Part shown: positions 52,355-64,000 of the stretch, piece by piece
How positions within the stretch are numbered: the first letter of the stretch is position 1
How the letters are laid out: each line of letters begins with the position of its first letter
Assembly (NCBI RefSeq): GCF_006345805.1
Contig: NC_043007.1
Location: 41,416,001-41,480,000 of the forward strand
Direction of reading: 5' to 3'
Length of the DNA: 64,000 nucleotides
Source: Octopus sinensis
Lineage: Eukaryota
Position numbers and translations under genes: made by a program
The notes under the pieces: generated by a model
Told to the model about the DNA's origin: nothing
Seen by the model: only the letters and a program-made list of their open reading frames with translations
The model's database searches: none

Positions 52355-52898
52355 TCAAGGTCCATATCTCTCACTTTTATGTAGCATCACAGTTTTAGCA
52401 CAAGTGTCATACCATCTATTATTCATTCTGAGGGAAAAGATTTTTGTTGCTAGCAGGAGTATTGACTCCCTGAATATTTTCCAGCTCATTCTAAACCTGG
52501 TTACTGTACTTTCCAAACAACCACTTTGCCTACTTATCATGTCACTTAAATAACAAGTTATTGACTATTTCTAGTAAACCAACCAAGCATTGAAGAGTTT
52601 TTATTTCCAGTGTACTCTTAGTACATATTGCTTCACTGCTTCCACCGTGTTACAAGGATTATCTTCTCACTTAGTCTTCCTGTGGCTCCACTCCATCTTT
52701 TGTGTCCCTAGTCTACAGTGAGTATGACATATAGAGTTCCTACCAACTTGTTTTCCTCATAGTGAGCATATGATCTGTCCTCTTGATTACTTGCTAACAC
52801 TTTAGTGTTTGCTAAGTTTATCTTTATCTTGAGGTCTCCTGATTCTAGCATTTGAATTACATGTTTAGTTACAGGCAGGTTAATAGAAGAGATAAGTG
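52355..52898 (-). mobile_element. Old RTE LINE fragment
   Basis: LESGDLKIKINLANTKVLAS..GHKRWSGATGRLSEK and SGCLESTVTRFRMSWKIFRESILLLATKIFSLR..YDTCAKTVMLH. Confidence 0.75.
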
Positions 52899-53039
52899 TT
52901 CTGTACATTTATAGGGGAATTACAGGCAGGCTGACAAAAGAGATAAGCATTGTATGTGGCAGCCACAGTTGAGTAATACATATGTACATAAATGCATACA
53001 TACCTATATGCATGCATATATGCATGTATTTTTGCCCAT

Positions 53040-53101
53040 ATGTTTGTATGTATGTATGTATGTATGTATGTATGTATGTATGTATGTATGTGTATATATA
53101 T

Positions 53102-53153
<52 letters not shown>

Positions 53154-53304
53154 ATATATATATATATGTGTATATATATATATATATATGTGTGTATATA
53201 TGTATGTATGTGTGTATATATATATATGTATGTGTATATATATATATATATGTATATGTGTGTATATATGTATGTATGTGTGTATATATATGTATGTATG
53301 TGTG

Positions 53305-53335
<31 letters not shown>

Positions 53336-53365
53336 GTGTGTGTATATATATGCATGCATGCATGT
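53040..53365. repeat. (TATG)n/(TA)n compound microsatellite
   Basis: Directly visible; source of ORFs 52880-53630. Confidence 0.95.
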
Positions 53366-53473
53366 ATATATGTATTTATGTACGTATGTATTGCTAAAGT
53401 GCAGCTGCCACTTTCAATGCTTATCTCTTCTGTTAGCCTGCCTGCATGCAATTCCACTATATATATATATATA

Positions 53474-53912
53474 TCATCATCATCATCATCGTTTAGCGTC
53501 CGCTTTCCATGCTAGCATGGGTTGGATGGTTCAACTGGGGTCTGGGAAGCCAGAAGGCTGCACCAGGCCCAGTTTGATCTGGCAATGTTTCTACGGCTGG
53601 ATGCCCTTCCTAACGCCAACCACTCCATGAGTGTAGTGGGTGCTTTTTACGTGCCACCGGCACAGGTACCAGACGTGTCTGGCAAACGGTCACAATCGGA
53701 TGGTGCTTTTTATGTGCTACCGGCACGGGGGCCAGGCGAGGCTGGCAACGGCCATGAACGGATGGTGCTTTTTACGTGCCTCCGGCACGAGGCCAGTCGG
53801 GGTGGCACTGGCAACGGCCACGAACGGATGGTGCTTTTTACACGCCACTTATCTCTTCTATTAACCTGCCTGTAACGGCAACGGCCACGAACGGATGGTG
53901 CTTTTTACATGC
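53474..53912 (-). mobile_element. Young family C insertion
   Basis: (CAT)n plus cgtttagcgtccgctttccatgctagcatggg...; CpGs intact; subrepeats ggcaacggccacgaacggatggtgctttt. Confidence 0.85.
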
Positions 53913-54163
53913 CACTTATCTCTTCTATTAACCTGCCTGTAACTAAACATGTAATTCAAATGCTAGAATCAGGAGACCTCAAGATAAAGATAAACTTAGC
54001 AAACACTAAAGTGTTAGCAAGTAATCAAGAGGACAGATCACATGCTCACTATGAGGAAAACAAGTTGGTAGGAACTCTATATGTCATACTCACTGTAGAC
54101 TAGGGACACAAAAGATGGAGTGGAGCCACAGGAAGACTAAGTGAGAAGATAATCCTTGTAACA
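53913..54163 (+). repeat. Inverted duplicate of 52648-52898 (250/251 identical)
   Basis: Direct base-by-base comparison; single difference cacatg vs catatg. Confidence 0.95.
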
Positions 54164-54546
54164 TATATATATGTTTGTTTGTTTTTGTGTTTAGTTATGA
54201 TAAAAATAACTCTGCATTAATCTGATGGGTTACTCTATACTTATGTAGAGTACAAATTTATTATTCTTATGCAAGAATGTCATTGACAGTGGCTTCAAAG
54301 TCTCAACCTTTGTTAGCCTCATGGCTTAGCTGGCCAAAACTTCAAAATCACTGTCAACAACATTCTTGTATAAGAATTATATAGTAGAATAAAAAATAGA
54401 AAGTCCTTGGTCCAGTATTATATATTTGAAAAACTGAATGGAAATTTTTACAAGTTATTAGGTGTTTTATTTTTTTTGTAAACACCTTATAAACATCTAA
54501 TTATTAAAGTGTAAAAATTATCACAAAAGCCAATTCTATTCATTGA

Positions 54547-54586
<40 letters not shown>

Positions 54587-55309
54587 TGTATGTATATGTA
54601 TATATACACAAGTATGATGGGCTTCTTTCAGTTTCTGTCTACCAATTTCTTTTGGTCAGTCCAGGACTATAATAGAAAACATTTACCCAAGGTCCTACAC
54701 TGTGGAAATGAACCCAAAACTATGTGGTTGCAAAATGGACTTATTAACCCTGCAGTCATGCCTGAGCCTACATAGGTGTGTCTGTATATATATATGTGTG
54801 TGTGTGTGTGCACGTGTGTGTGTATATTTATATTTCTGTGTGCATGTGTGTTTGTGTATGTGTTTATATATATATATATGTTTATTTATTCATGTGCACT
54901 TAAGTCTTTTTACTTTTTAAACACTCAACTTTACTTAGTTGCAATGTCCTTTTATATTCTGTTGATGGTATACCCAATCTGTTGCATGGTTTAATACCTT
55001 GAGTACATTTAGAAGACACTGCAGTAAATATATTACAAGCTCCATTACAAGCATTCAGACCAGGTGTTCGGTAAGAGGATAAATCAATACTTTGATACAC
55101 CTCACCCTTCCATACATTGTGTTGTTCTTTTTTTCCCTTTCCTCTCACCAATCTCATAGCTTCTATAAAGGTCATGAATAAAAAAAAAAATAATAAACAT
55201 CCTACATCTGTATTATTTGTGTATAGTATTTGATTATTTTTGATTATATATTTTCTTCTAATTCATAATGTCTGCTCTAATTTTAAATGAATTATTATTT
55301 AATATTTCC

Positions 55310-55800
55310 AAGGCAAAGGCAGTGAACAGACAGAATCATTAACATGATGACCAAAATACTTAGTGAAATTTCTTCTAGCTCTTTGTGTTCTGAGTTCAAA
55401 TTCTGCTGAGGTTGCCTTTGTCTTTTATCCATTTAGGTCACTAAAATCAGTACAAGTAAATCACTGCAGTCAATGTAATTAACTTATTCACTTCCACTAA
55501 ATCTGCTGACCTTGTGCCAAAATTTAAAATAATTATTTTCCAGGTAGAATTGTTAGAAAATATCTTGTGGTTTTTGTTTCAGTTTTTTACAGTTTATGTT
55601 CAAATCCCTCTGAAGAGAATTTTGGCTTTTGTGGTCTAAAAAATAAAGCATGAGAGTCTAAAAAAATAAAGTACAAACCAAGTATTGAGTTGATTTAATT
55701 TATGAACCATTCCCCCAAATTTCAGGTTTTGTGCTTTCATTAAAAACAATTATTAAATGGTGATGGACTGGCAGACTCATTAGAGCACTGGACAAAATGA
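55310..55800 (+). mobile_element. Family B SINE cluster, diverged
   Basis: Repeated aaggcagtgaacag...gagttcaaattctgctgagg...ttgtgccaaaattt units. Confidence 0.65.
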
Positions 55801-56916
55801 AGAATTCAGGAAAACAATTTTGTCACTACAAAGCCATGCAATTTTGATGGGAGATTTTAGTTTAGATCACTTCAAAACAAGAAATTTGTATCAGGACCAA
55901 GGATGACCTCAAGCAGTTTGTTATGAAAAGGGTTACAGAATAAAAACCTTACTCTTAAAAATAATTTTGTTCTCTTAAGCACACCAGGAACTTTAATATT
56001 CCACAGTGCACAATTCATTTCAAATCAGTTATTAGAATTTTAACTTTTTTGTCCTCAAATGTGATGTTACTTTTGTTTGAGTGAAAACATTAATCAAATA
56101 TTTCCTAGAGATGTGGGACATAGAAAATTTCAGAAAACAGTGAGGTAGACCTATGATCAAAGACATTCCAACTTTGAACACCTGAGGGTTGTTTCTTTCA
56201 TACCGAGGATGACACTATATCCCTTTTTCCTAAGATAATAGTATAGTATTTGAAGGAGATTTGGCTGCTGTTTATAGTAAGGTAGGCACTCACATAGTCT
56301 CCCTTGCTGAATGTCAGGGGTGTACATTCAAGGTGTGTTGCTGATACACTTCAAAACTATTTCTACCAATTCCATATTTTCTGTACTACTTATAATCACA
56401 GTGTAAATGCCATTAAAACATATGGCATATATTTTATAAAATCATGTTCCTGCTTACCTTTTCCTTCCCTCTTCTTTCATTTACAATTTTTTAGCATACC
56501 ATAAGAAAGGAAAAAGAAAGAAGAAAAGGGTCGTTATTTATATCAAACCCTAAACCACAGTAAGGATTATTAATATGCTTGGGAATTTGAGTGTAGATTA
56601 ATAAATAACATGATATTCGTCTTAATTAGAATCAACTCTTGACATACAGGGCAAATAACACTATATAATGTGTGATTAGAGAAGAACCATTGAAAATATA
56701 GAAAGGTAGAGAGTATTGCCAGAAGATTTCTGCAAACATCATTTCTATATGTTGATATACTTTTAAAAGTTGGTAGTAAGAGCTTAGATTTGTTATACTC
56801 TAAGGTTTGTAGTTCCATGACACTCCCCAACTCCAGACCATTTATATTAATGGCTTCCTTAGAATTTTTATTCTCCAACTCCTTTCTTGGAGTAAACAAA
56901 TATTTACCATCCTTAT

Positions 56917-57221
56917 AGGAATTTCAACCGTGTTTCGTGGTCTGCTACCACAACAGCTCCTTTGTAGGATCTAGTTAGCTCAAGACATCATCAGGAGGAA
57001 CCACGTCTGGTTTCAGCCCCTACCCCTCTACCGTTTTGATTTGGCGGACCCCCTCCCCCCTTTCGGAGGTGTCTTCAGCTCTGGTGTTGGGTGCATGTCT
57101 TCTTTCTTCTGTTCCCTGGCCTCTTCGATGTAGCGTCAATGAGTGTCAGCAGGCAACTGACTGCCTTGTCAAATTTCCCTTTAAATACCTGCTGCTAGGC
57201 TCCAGCAGGCAACCGCAGCAA
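56917..57221 (-). mobile_element. ~305-bp repeat, pLTR-like (copy 2, inverted)
   Basis: Reverse complement aligns with 52041-52347. Confidence 0.6.
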
Positions 57222-57973
57222 GTTGTCATGTGACACTGTCTCGACTTTAACTGACCAATGAAGGCATGTAGTCTTAGCCCACACATTCTCTAAACGAGAT
57301 AATAGTATGTTGATGCATATGTTGATGCAGCATGGTAAAAATGGAAAATTAGTTTTACTCTTTTCTACCAAATTTCTGTTGAAATATACAGTTTTTTTTT
57401 TAATTAATTTTGAAAATAATGAAGAATTTAGTAAAATGACTTTGTCAATATTAAGCTGGTTTTTTGAAATACAAATTAATATGGTATTTTGAAGGAAGAT
57501 TTTATTTCACGTCACTTTAAAACAGAAAGTTTGTATCATAGGACCAAGGGTGTTCTCAGGCAAGTTGGTATTAAAACAATTAAAGCAATGAAATCTTGAA
57601 GGAAGATTTTAATCTTGACCACTTTAACGCAAGAAATTTGAGACATAGATCCAGAAGCAGTCTTTGGCAAGCTAGTATCAAAAGGGTTAAAATAGATTTC
57701 TTTGTCTCTAAAGCATAAAAGTTTCGCGTGTATAATGTTTACATGTGAAATTGATAGCATTCCATGTTGAACAAATGTTGGATACGTACAACATATTAAC
57801 TGTGTTTTTAGGACAAATCATTACATTTGTTAGGATTTGAGTGGCTTTTTAAGACTTAAAACAATTTCATTTGCCAAACATCATTTTTTATTTTCCTGAG
57901 ATAGCATTCAATATATATCATGCTGTTAAACTTAAATGAGGAAGACATTTTTTTAAACCTTGTATTGATTACC

Positions 57974-58009
<36 letters not shown>

Positions 58010-58835
58010 TAATAATAATTTTGTTATTAAGCTTGGCCTGTTAGGCCGAGAATAATAATAATAATAAAGACCTCAGACTGTCTGACAGACAGTACACCGC
58101 CACCCCAGTAGACACAATATCTTCAATCAACAACATCACAATACTAGATACTGTGCCACGTCTTCAATAGTAATAATTATAATAATAATGATAATGTGTT
58201 CAGGTGCACTACAACTCGCTGGAAAAGGTTAAAAGAGGGGACAGAAAGTAGCCATATAAGTCAAGAAAAGAAAGACAGCGATAATAGCTGAAAGTACAGG
58301 TGCAGTAAAGAGACTTAAAAACACAATGTGACAAAAAGAAAATATTGAATAGTAAAAGAGTGTTTTAAAGAAAATATATTGCTTAAGTATTACAAGGCTA
58401 CAGTGAGTTAAAACTTATTATTTTCATGCTATTGAACAGAGAACCAAGATCAATATACTGTAGTATGTCACATATAGCGCAGCTTTGTTGTTATTAGTAA
58501 TAGTGCAAAGCAGCATAGCATGGTAGATATAGAATACCACACCAGATGCTATATAGCTTTGTCCCTCTATATTGTGAGATCAAATCTTGATGTGCACCAC
58601 TCATGTTTAAGGTAGTGAGTGGGTAGAATTTTAAGATGCCAAGCAAAATGCTTAGCAGCATTTCGTCTGTCTTTATTTCCTGAGTTCAAATTCCGTTGTG
58701 GTTGACTTTACCTTTCATCCTTCCGGAGTCCATAAAATAAGTACCAGTTGAGCACTGGGGGGTCAATGTAATCAACTTAACCCTCCTCTGAAATTGCTGG
58801 ACTTGTGTAAAAATCTGAAATCATTATATTAATAA

Positions 58836-59125
58836 TGGATGCGTAATGTTAGTGTCCATTAATGATATCTCAGAAATGGAGTGAGAGAAAAGTCGGATAT
58901 CGGAGGAATCAGAAGTAATATACAAGAAAGATAATGATGGTATGGACATGTGATGTATACAGAAGATAACAGCTGTAAAGGACACTCAAATATGATAGAA
59001 TCTGTTGAAGGAGGTAACCTAGGAAGTCATGGGATGAAGTGATGATAGCTGATCTCAGAATGCTGAGCATCATAAAAGAAATGACAAAGTGTTACAAAGA
59101 CTATAGCATGCCAGAGAAAACCCTC
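58836..59125 (+). mobile_element. RTE LINE 3' ORF remnant
   Basis: WMRNVSVH..REKSDIGGIRSNIQER..WYGHVM..PRKSWDEVMIADLRML. Confidence 0.7.
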
Positions 59126-59241
59126 ACCTGTTCAAACATGATATATTGAACATTAAAAGGATAGTAGTGATGCATATGATGTGATGCATATCATAGTGGT
59201 GCATATAATGACATTTGGGCCTATTACCTAAAATATCCCTG

Positions 59242-59458
59242 TTAACCCTTTAACCTGCAGATTACTGTCAAATGTAATGCTTATTAATTCACATTGTTTT
59301 GGATTAATTATACATTATCTCAGATTCAAGATTTTAATATGATTATTTTTAGAATGATATTGTAGGGTAGGTGTGATGGGCCAGATCTGGCTAGCTTGAA
59401 CATAAAACAGGTAGAATATTTGGTTGGGATATGGCTGGTTTAAATGCTAAAGGATTAA
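59242..59458. mobile_element. TTAA MITE
   Basis: ttaacccttt ... aaatgctaaaggattaa. Confidence 0.75.
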
Positions 59459-60046
59459 ACTGCCATCTACTGTATCATTGCTTCTTTGATATTCTCTTCT
59501 CTCTCTATCACTCATCCTCACTCTACTCACACTCCTGCAAGCCAAGTAACAGTGTAGAGGCTCTCTCAAGAGTTGAGTGGAGTTAGTAGTCAATAGCAAC
59601 AAAATCTATTGACAATATATATCTGTAACAAAATAACCTCATTTTTAATTCTCTCATACAAACAAACTGTACCCCCCCCACCACCACTGCTGCAGCTGCC
59701 ATTGGTTGCTTCCTGAACTTGACTTCCTATTTCTTAAATAATTGTTGTTTTATATAAGAATAAATTAGCCCTAATTAGTTTCAGCAGGAATTGGTGCAAA
59801 AGAACTTATCTCTGCATATGTGGATTATGTGTTTGTGTGTCTGTATGAGCATGCTTGTGAGAGCATATACGCATGTATAATTATAATCATTTATACATAT
59901 CTGTGTGTTCATGCGTGTGATAGCAATTGTTTGCATGCTTGTATGTTTGTGTGCCTATGCAAATTTGTCTTGCTGTACATGTGCATTCAGAAGCACAGAC
60001 AGTAATTTTGAGGGGAGGTGCTAGTCCATACCATTGACCCCAGTAC

Positions 60047-60320
60047 TTTTTTTTCTTTTGTGGACTGAGAGGTGGTTTATTAGAGACCCCCTCCATAAGG
60101 TCAATTTTTTTTTTGGACCAGGAGGAGGTAGTGAGGTTATAGGACCTTACTTCAGTCGAGAGTAAACATGATAAATAGGACAGAATTTATCATATTTACT
60201 CTCAACTGAAGTAAGGCCCTATATCCTCACTACCTCCTCCTGGTCCAATAGAAAAAAAAGGACCTTATGGAGGGGGTCTCTAATAAACCAGCCTCTCAGT
60301 CCACAAAAAAAAAAGAAAAA
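60047..60320. repeat. Long palindrome / fold-back element (~130-bp arms, 8-nt loop)
   Basis: Arms at about 60047-60176 and 60185-60320 are reverse complements with few differences; loop aggacaga. Confidence 0.95.
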
Positions 60321-60329
60321 CAAATCTTG

Positions 60330-61240
60330 AAAGGATGAAAGGCAAAGGCAACTTTAGTGAGATCTGAACTTAGAACATAGAGAGCTGGTAGAAATGTCAC
60401 AAAGCATTTTCCCCAACACTAATAATTATCTAATCTAATAGTAATAATAATTTTTTCTACTATAGGCACATGGCCTGAAGTTTTATGGGAGGGGACTAGT
60501 TGATTACATCAACCCCAGTACTTGACTGGTACTTGATTTATCAACCCTAAAGGGATGAAAGGCAAAGTTGGCCTCGGCAAAATTTGTATTCAAAATATGA
60601 AGATGGATGAAATGCCACTTAACACTTCGACTAGTGTACTAACAATTTTACCAACTCGTCAACTTATCTATTATTAAATAATACTGGTTTCAAATTTTGT
60701 CGTAAGAGCAAGAAATTTGAGGGAGGCGTTAAGTCGATTTTATCAACCCCAGTGTTTCACTGGTACTTAATTTATCGATCCCTTAAGGATGAAAGGCAAA
60801 GTCAACCCCGGGGGAATTTGAACTCAGAACATAGTGTTGGGCAAAATACTGCTAAGTATTTCATCCAGTGTGCTAACAATTCTGCCAGCTCACCGTCTTT
60901 TTATAATAATAATAATAATTCTTTCTACTATAGGCACAAGGCCTGAAATTTGGGGGAGGGGGCTAGTCAGTTTCATCGACCCCAGTGCATAACTGGTACT
61001 TATTTAATTGACCCCGAAAGGATAAAAAGCAAAGTCAACCCTGGCAGAATTTGAACTCAGAATGTAGCACTGGGCAAAATACTGCTATGCATTTTGTCCA
61101 GCTAGCTATCGATTCTGCCAACTCACCACCTTCTAATAATAATAATAATCATCATCGTTTCCCATCTTGGCACAAGACCAGTGATTTCAGGGGAGGGCTA
61201 AGTCAATTACATCTACCCCAGAGTTCAACTGGTTCTTATT
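60330..61240 (-). mobile_element. Train of family B SINEs, minus orientation
   Basis: Repeated aaaggatgaaaggcaaagt..ggaatttgaactcagaa units separated by (AAT)n. Confidence 0.8.
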
Positions 61241-61979
61241 TTAATGATAATGATAATATAGGAGATCAGTGTATAGCAAAATGTTTGTGTAATAAATTGT
61301 TGTTAATCGTGTTCCTTTACATTCTGAGTTCAGATGTATCCTACCATGGGTCAACTTTGCATTTCATTGATTTGGCTTGCTAAAATAAAACTAGTCAAGT
61401 TACTGTGATTGATTTAATTGACTGCAGCTTCTGCATGATTTCTGGTTTGGTGCCAATGTTGTTGAAATTAATAATAAAATAGGAGAAAGAAGTAGGATTC
61501 CATGAACAATAGTAAAATATTTTAGAGCGGTATTCGTTTCTGCACTATCAGATTGTAAGATCAGCTCCTGGTGACAATCTTGACCAATGCCCTGTGCTTT
61601 CCATGCATTTTTCATGAAAGAATACTTTAATATTCTTTCATTTCTTGTTGACTTCCATCAGATATTATTTGTTGTTGTTGTTGTTATTCTTCTTTTCTTC
61701 TTCTTCTTCTTCTTCTTCTTCTTCTTCATCATCACCATCACCATCTTACGGCTTACATAGAGAATGAAAGGGAAACTTGACCTTAGTGAGACTTGCATTC
61801 AATATCTAAAAAGCCAGATCAAATACCACAAGGCATTTCTCCAATTTCTCGCCAATGATTTTGTCAATTTCTCACCTTAGTGTAACATAAATATAAGGAA
61901 TAAATTCCATCTTGAGTCAGCCTACACACATTTCTTTCTGGGATAAATCTTAGCCAAAGTATGAAAGAAAATCATCATT

Positions 61980-62390
61980 ATTATCATTGTCCTTTAACGT
62001 CCATTTTCTATGCTGGCATGGGTTGGACAGTTTGATCAGAGCTGGCAAGCAGGAGAGCCGCACCAGGTTCCAGTTTGATTTAGCCTGGTTTCTATGTCTG
62101 GATTCCTTTCTTAAAGCCAACCACTTTACAGTCAGTGTGTGCTGGGTGCTTTTAACATGGCACTGACACGAGTACTTTTACATGGCACTGGCCCAGGACT
62201 CTTGCAGGCCAATCCCCTTCATCAGGGGGAGTGACCTTAACATTTCAGCTGTGGAGGTTCTTCTGGAGTACAGTAAGGTGCCAAATAACTTGGTCCTTTG
62301 TTGTCTCCTCTGAAAGGCTCAGTGTCCCAAGGTCATCCTTCAGTACTTTGTCCCTGTCTTCCTGGGTCTCCCTCTTCCACAAGTTCCATC
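61980..62390 (-). mobile_element. Family C / RTE 3' end
   Basis: tttaacgtccattttctatgctggcatgggttgg..., continuing into an RTE terminal remnant (gtcatttcttt-type region with cagtactttgtccctgtcttcctggg). Confidence 0.7.
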
Positions 62391-62841
62391 CATTGCAGTT
62401 AACTCCCTTTAAATAATTACTTCCATACGTTGACGTGTTTTAATGTACTCTGGATTGCTGAACTAATTAGTTCTATACTCTTTCCATCCAGGCCTTTATA
62501 CATCATCTGCTGATTCATCTACTCATCACTTAGAAGGTTTGGTACCTATTTCCAGCAAAAATTACGAGAAAGGTTGTCTGCAGAATGCAGTGTCATGCCC
62601 AGAGTCACTGGAACATTTTTGTTAGGTTTTTTTCAGCCGCTTGTGCCTAACTGAACATAATTAAACTTTCACCTTCATAAATATTTTCTTGATATGCTTA
62701 CCTTGATAACATTTCTCATGCTCCCTTCAAATAGATCCTTATTTGAACATGATGTGTTCATCTGCTGTAAGTCATTTTAGGGGCTCATCTGAATAAGTCA
62801 ACACCTGCTGTTTTGCAAAGGGGTGTTGCTCTGTCTATTTG

Positions 62842-62872
<31 letters not shown>

Positions 62873-62992
62873 CATGAACATACGTTATATGAATTTGTGT
62901 GACACTGTGAAATTTGGTTTATGGATGTGTGTTATGTGCTCACACTGGGTGTGTGTGAGTTGTGTGTACATTGAAAGCTAGCTCTCTCTCTC

Positions 62993-63044
<52 letters not shown>

Positions 63045-63789
63045 CATCCTGAGAGTGTGACTGTCGTGCATGCACAGTATATGTGCATTTTCTTTATGTT
63101 TTATGTATATAGGAAGTGCACTTGCCTGCTGTACTCAGCCCAATTAGTTATTCATAAATAGATAAAAGTATGCAAGCAGATGAAATAAACAATTTTGCTT
63201 TGAGGCAGAACCCTTCCATGACTTCATATATTCATATGCCACTCACTGCTTCATGAAGATGGGATGTGATCATTTTATGTTTTAAGTTGTTGTACTGAGT
63301 TCAAATCTTCCTTTGATTGCTGCTTGGAGGGGGATGAACTTAGTCAAATTGAATTATCTGAGATTCATGATCACAGAAAGAGAAGGTTTTCAAAGGAAAC
63401 TCCGACAACCTATAACTTAGGAAATTCACCCACATGTCCACATTCACAGACATATCTTTCGTCTTTTATCTTTTACTTGTTTCAATCATTAGATTGTAGC
63501 CATGCTGGAGCATCACTTTAAAGAGTTTTAGTCAAGTGAATCAACCCCAGTACTTATATCTTTTTAGGCCTGGTACTTATTTTGTTGGTTTCTTTTGCCG
63601 ACCTACTAAGTTCATATCTACATTAAGGAAACCACTCTCTTACACAACCATACATCTACATCTCACATACTTTCTCTATCTCTCTCTCTCTCTCTCTCTC
63701 TCCTCTTCTCTTTCTCCCTCTCTCTCTCTCTCCCTTTCTCTTTCTTCCTCTCTTTCTCTCTCTCTCTCCCTTTCTCTTTCTCCCTCTCT

Positions 63790-63820
<31 letters not shown>

Positions 63821-63947
63821 AGTCATTTTCACTGCCTTACTTCTTTTCTTTCTGACTATCTCTGACTCACTCAGATCAAAAGCTAAAGAAACTCTCACCC
63901 GTCCACCCATACATGCATCCACATTGATATAGCTACCCAACCCCATA

Positions 63948-63994
<47 letters not shown>

Positions 63995-64000
63995 AACTTA

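Noticed and set aside
52880-53630. Longest ORFs in the track (up to 212 aa), and similar ones at 1391-1894, 5675, 27858, 41117 and 47323
   Set aside because: Translations of (TA)n/(TATG)n/(TG)n tracts that lack stops in some frames; no protein-like content.
52648-54163. Ginger-like DNA transposon with 251-bp TGT...ACA TIRs
   Set aside because: No target duplication (accg vs tata), and the left arm is contiguous with an older RTE fossil; template switching explains it better.
55013-55070. 58-nt exon candidate with donor TCG|GTAAGA
   Set aside because: Weak acceptor and unrecognisable peptide.
56570-56899. 109-aa minus-strand ORF
   Set aside because: No recognisable motifs or splice context; within the length expected by chance.

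Overview
AT-rich, microsatellite-saturated animal DNA. The SINE and LINE families look like those of Octopus (coleoid cephalopod); this is recognition from memory, not a database result. No intact protein-coding gene is recognisable. Nearly all long ORFs in the track are translations of (TA)n/(TG)n/(GA)n/(ATT)n tracts, and the rest are decayed transposon proteins: Penelope GIY-YIG, RTE, CR1/Zenon-type RT, R4/Dong-type endonuclease, pogo and mariner transposases. A CpG-retaining domain at about 14.6-20.6 kb looks like a promoter region, with one or two candidate non-coding first exons on the + strand (donors at 16001 and 19930). The downstream 44 kb may therefore be intronic. The most notable structures are: (1) a 251-bp inverted duplication (250/251 identical) with a double template-switch junction at the 5' end of a young RTE-tailed insertion (52.6-54.2 kb), nested inside further inverted repeats; (2) a ~270-bp near-perfect palindrome at 60.05-60.32 kb; (3) a degenerate hammerhead-ribozyme fold downstream of a Penelope endonuclease fossil; (4) a 35-bp array with a conserved palindromic half and a variable half; (5) an intron-bearing tRNA-Lys-like relic; (6) a (TAA)n tract holding an R4/Dong fragment and a second element; (7) a 900-bp solo LTR in (TA)n; (8) head-to-tail SINE trains.
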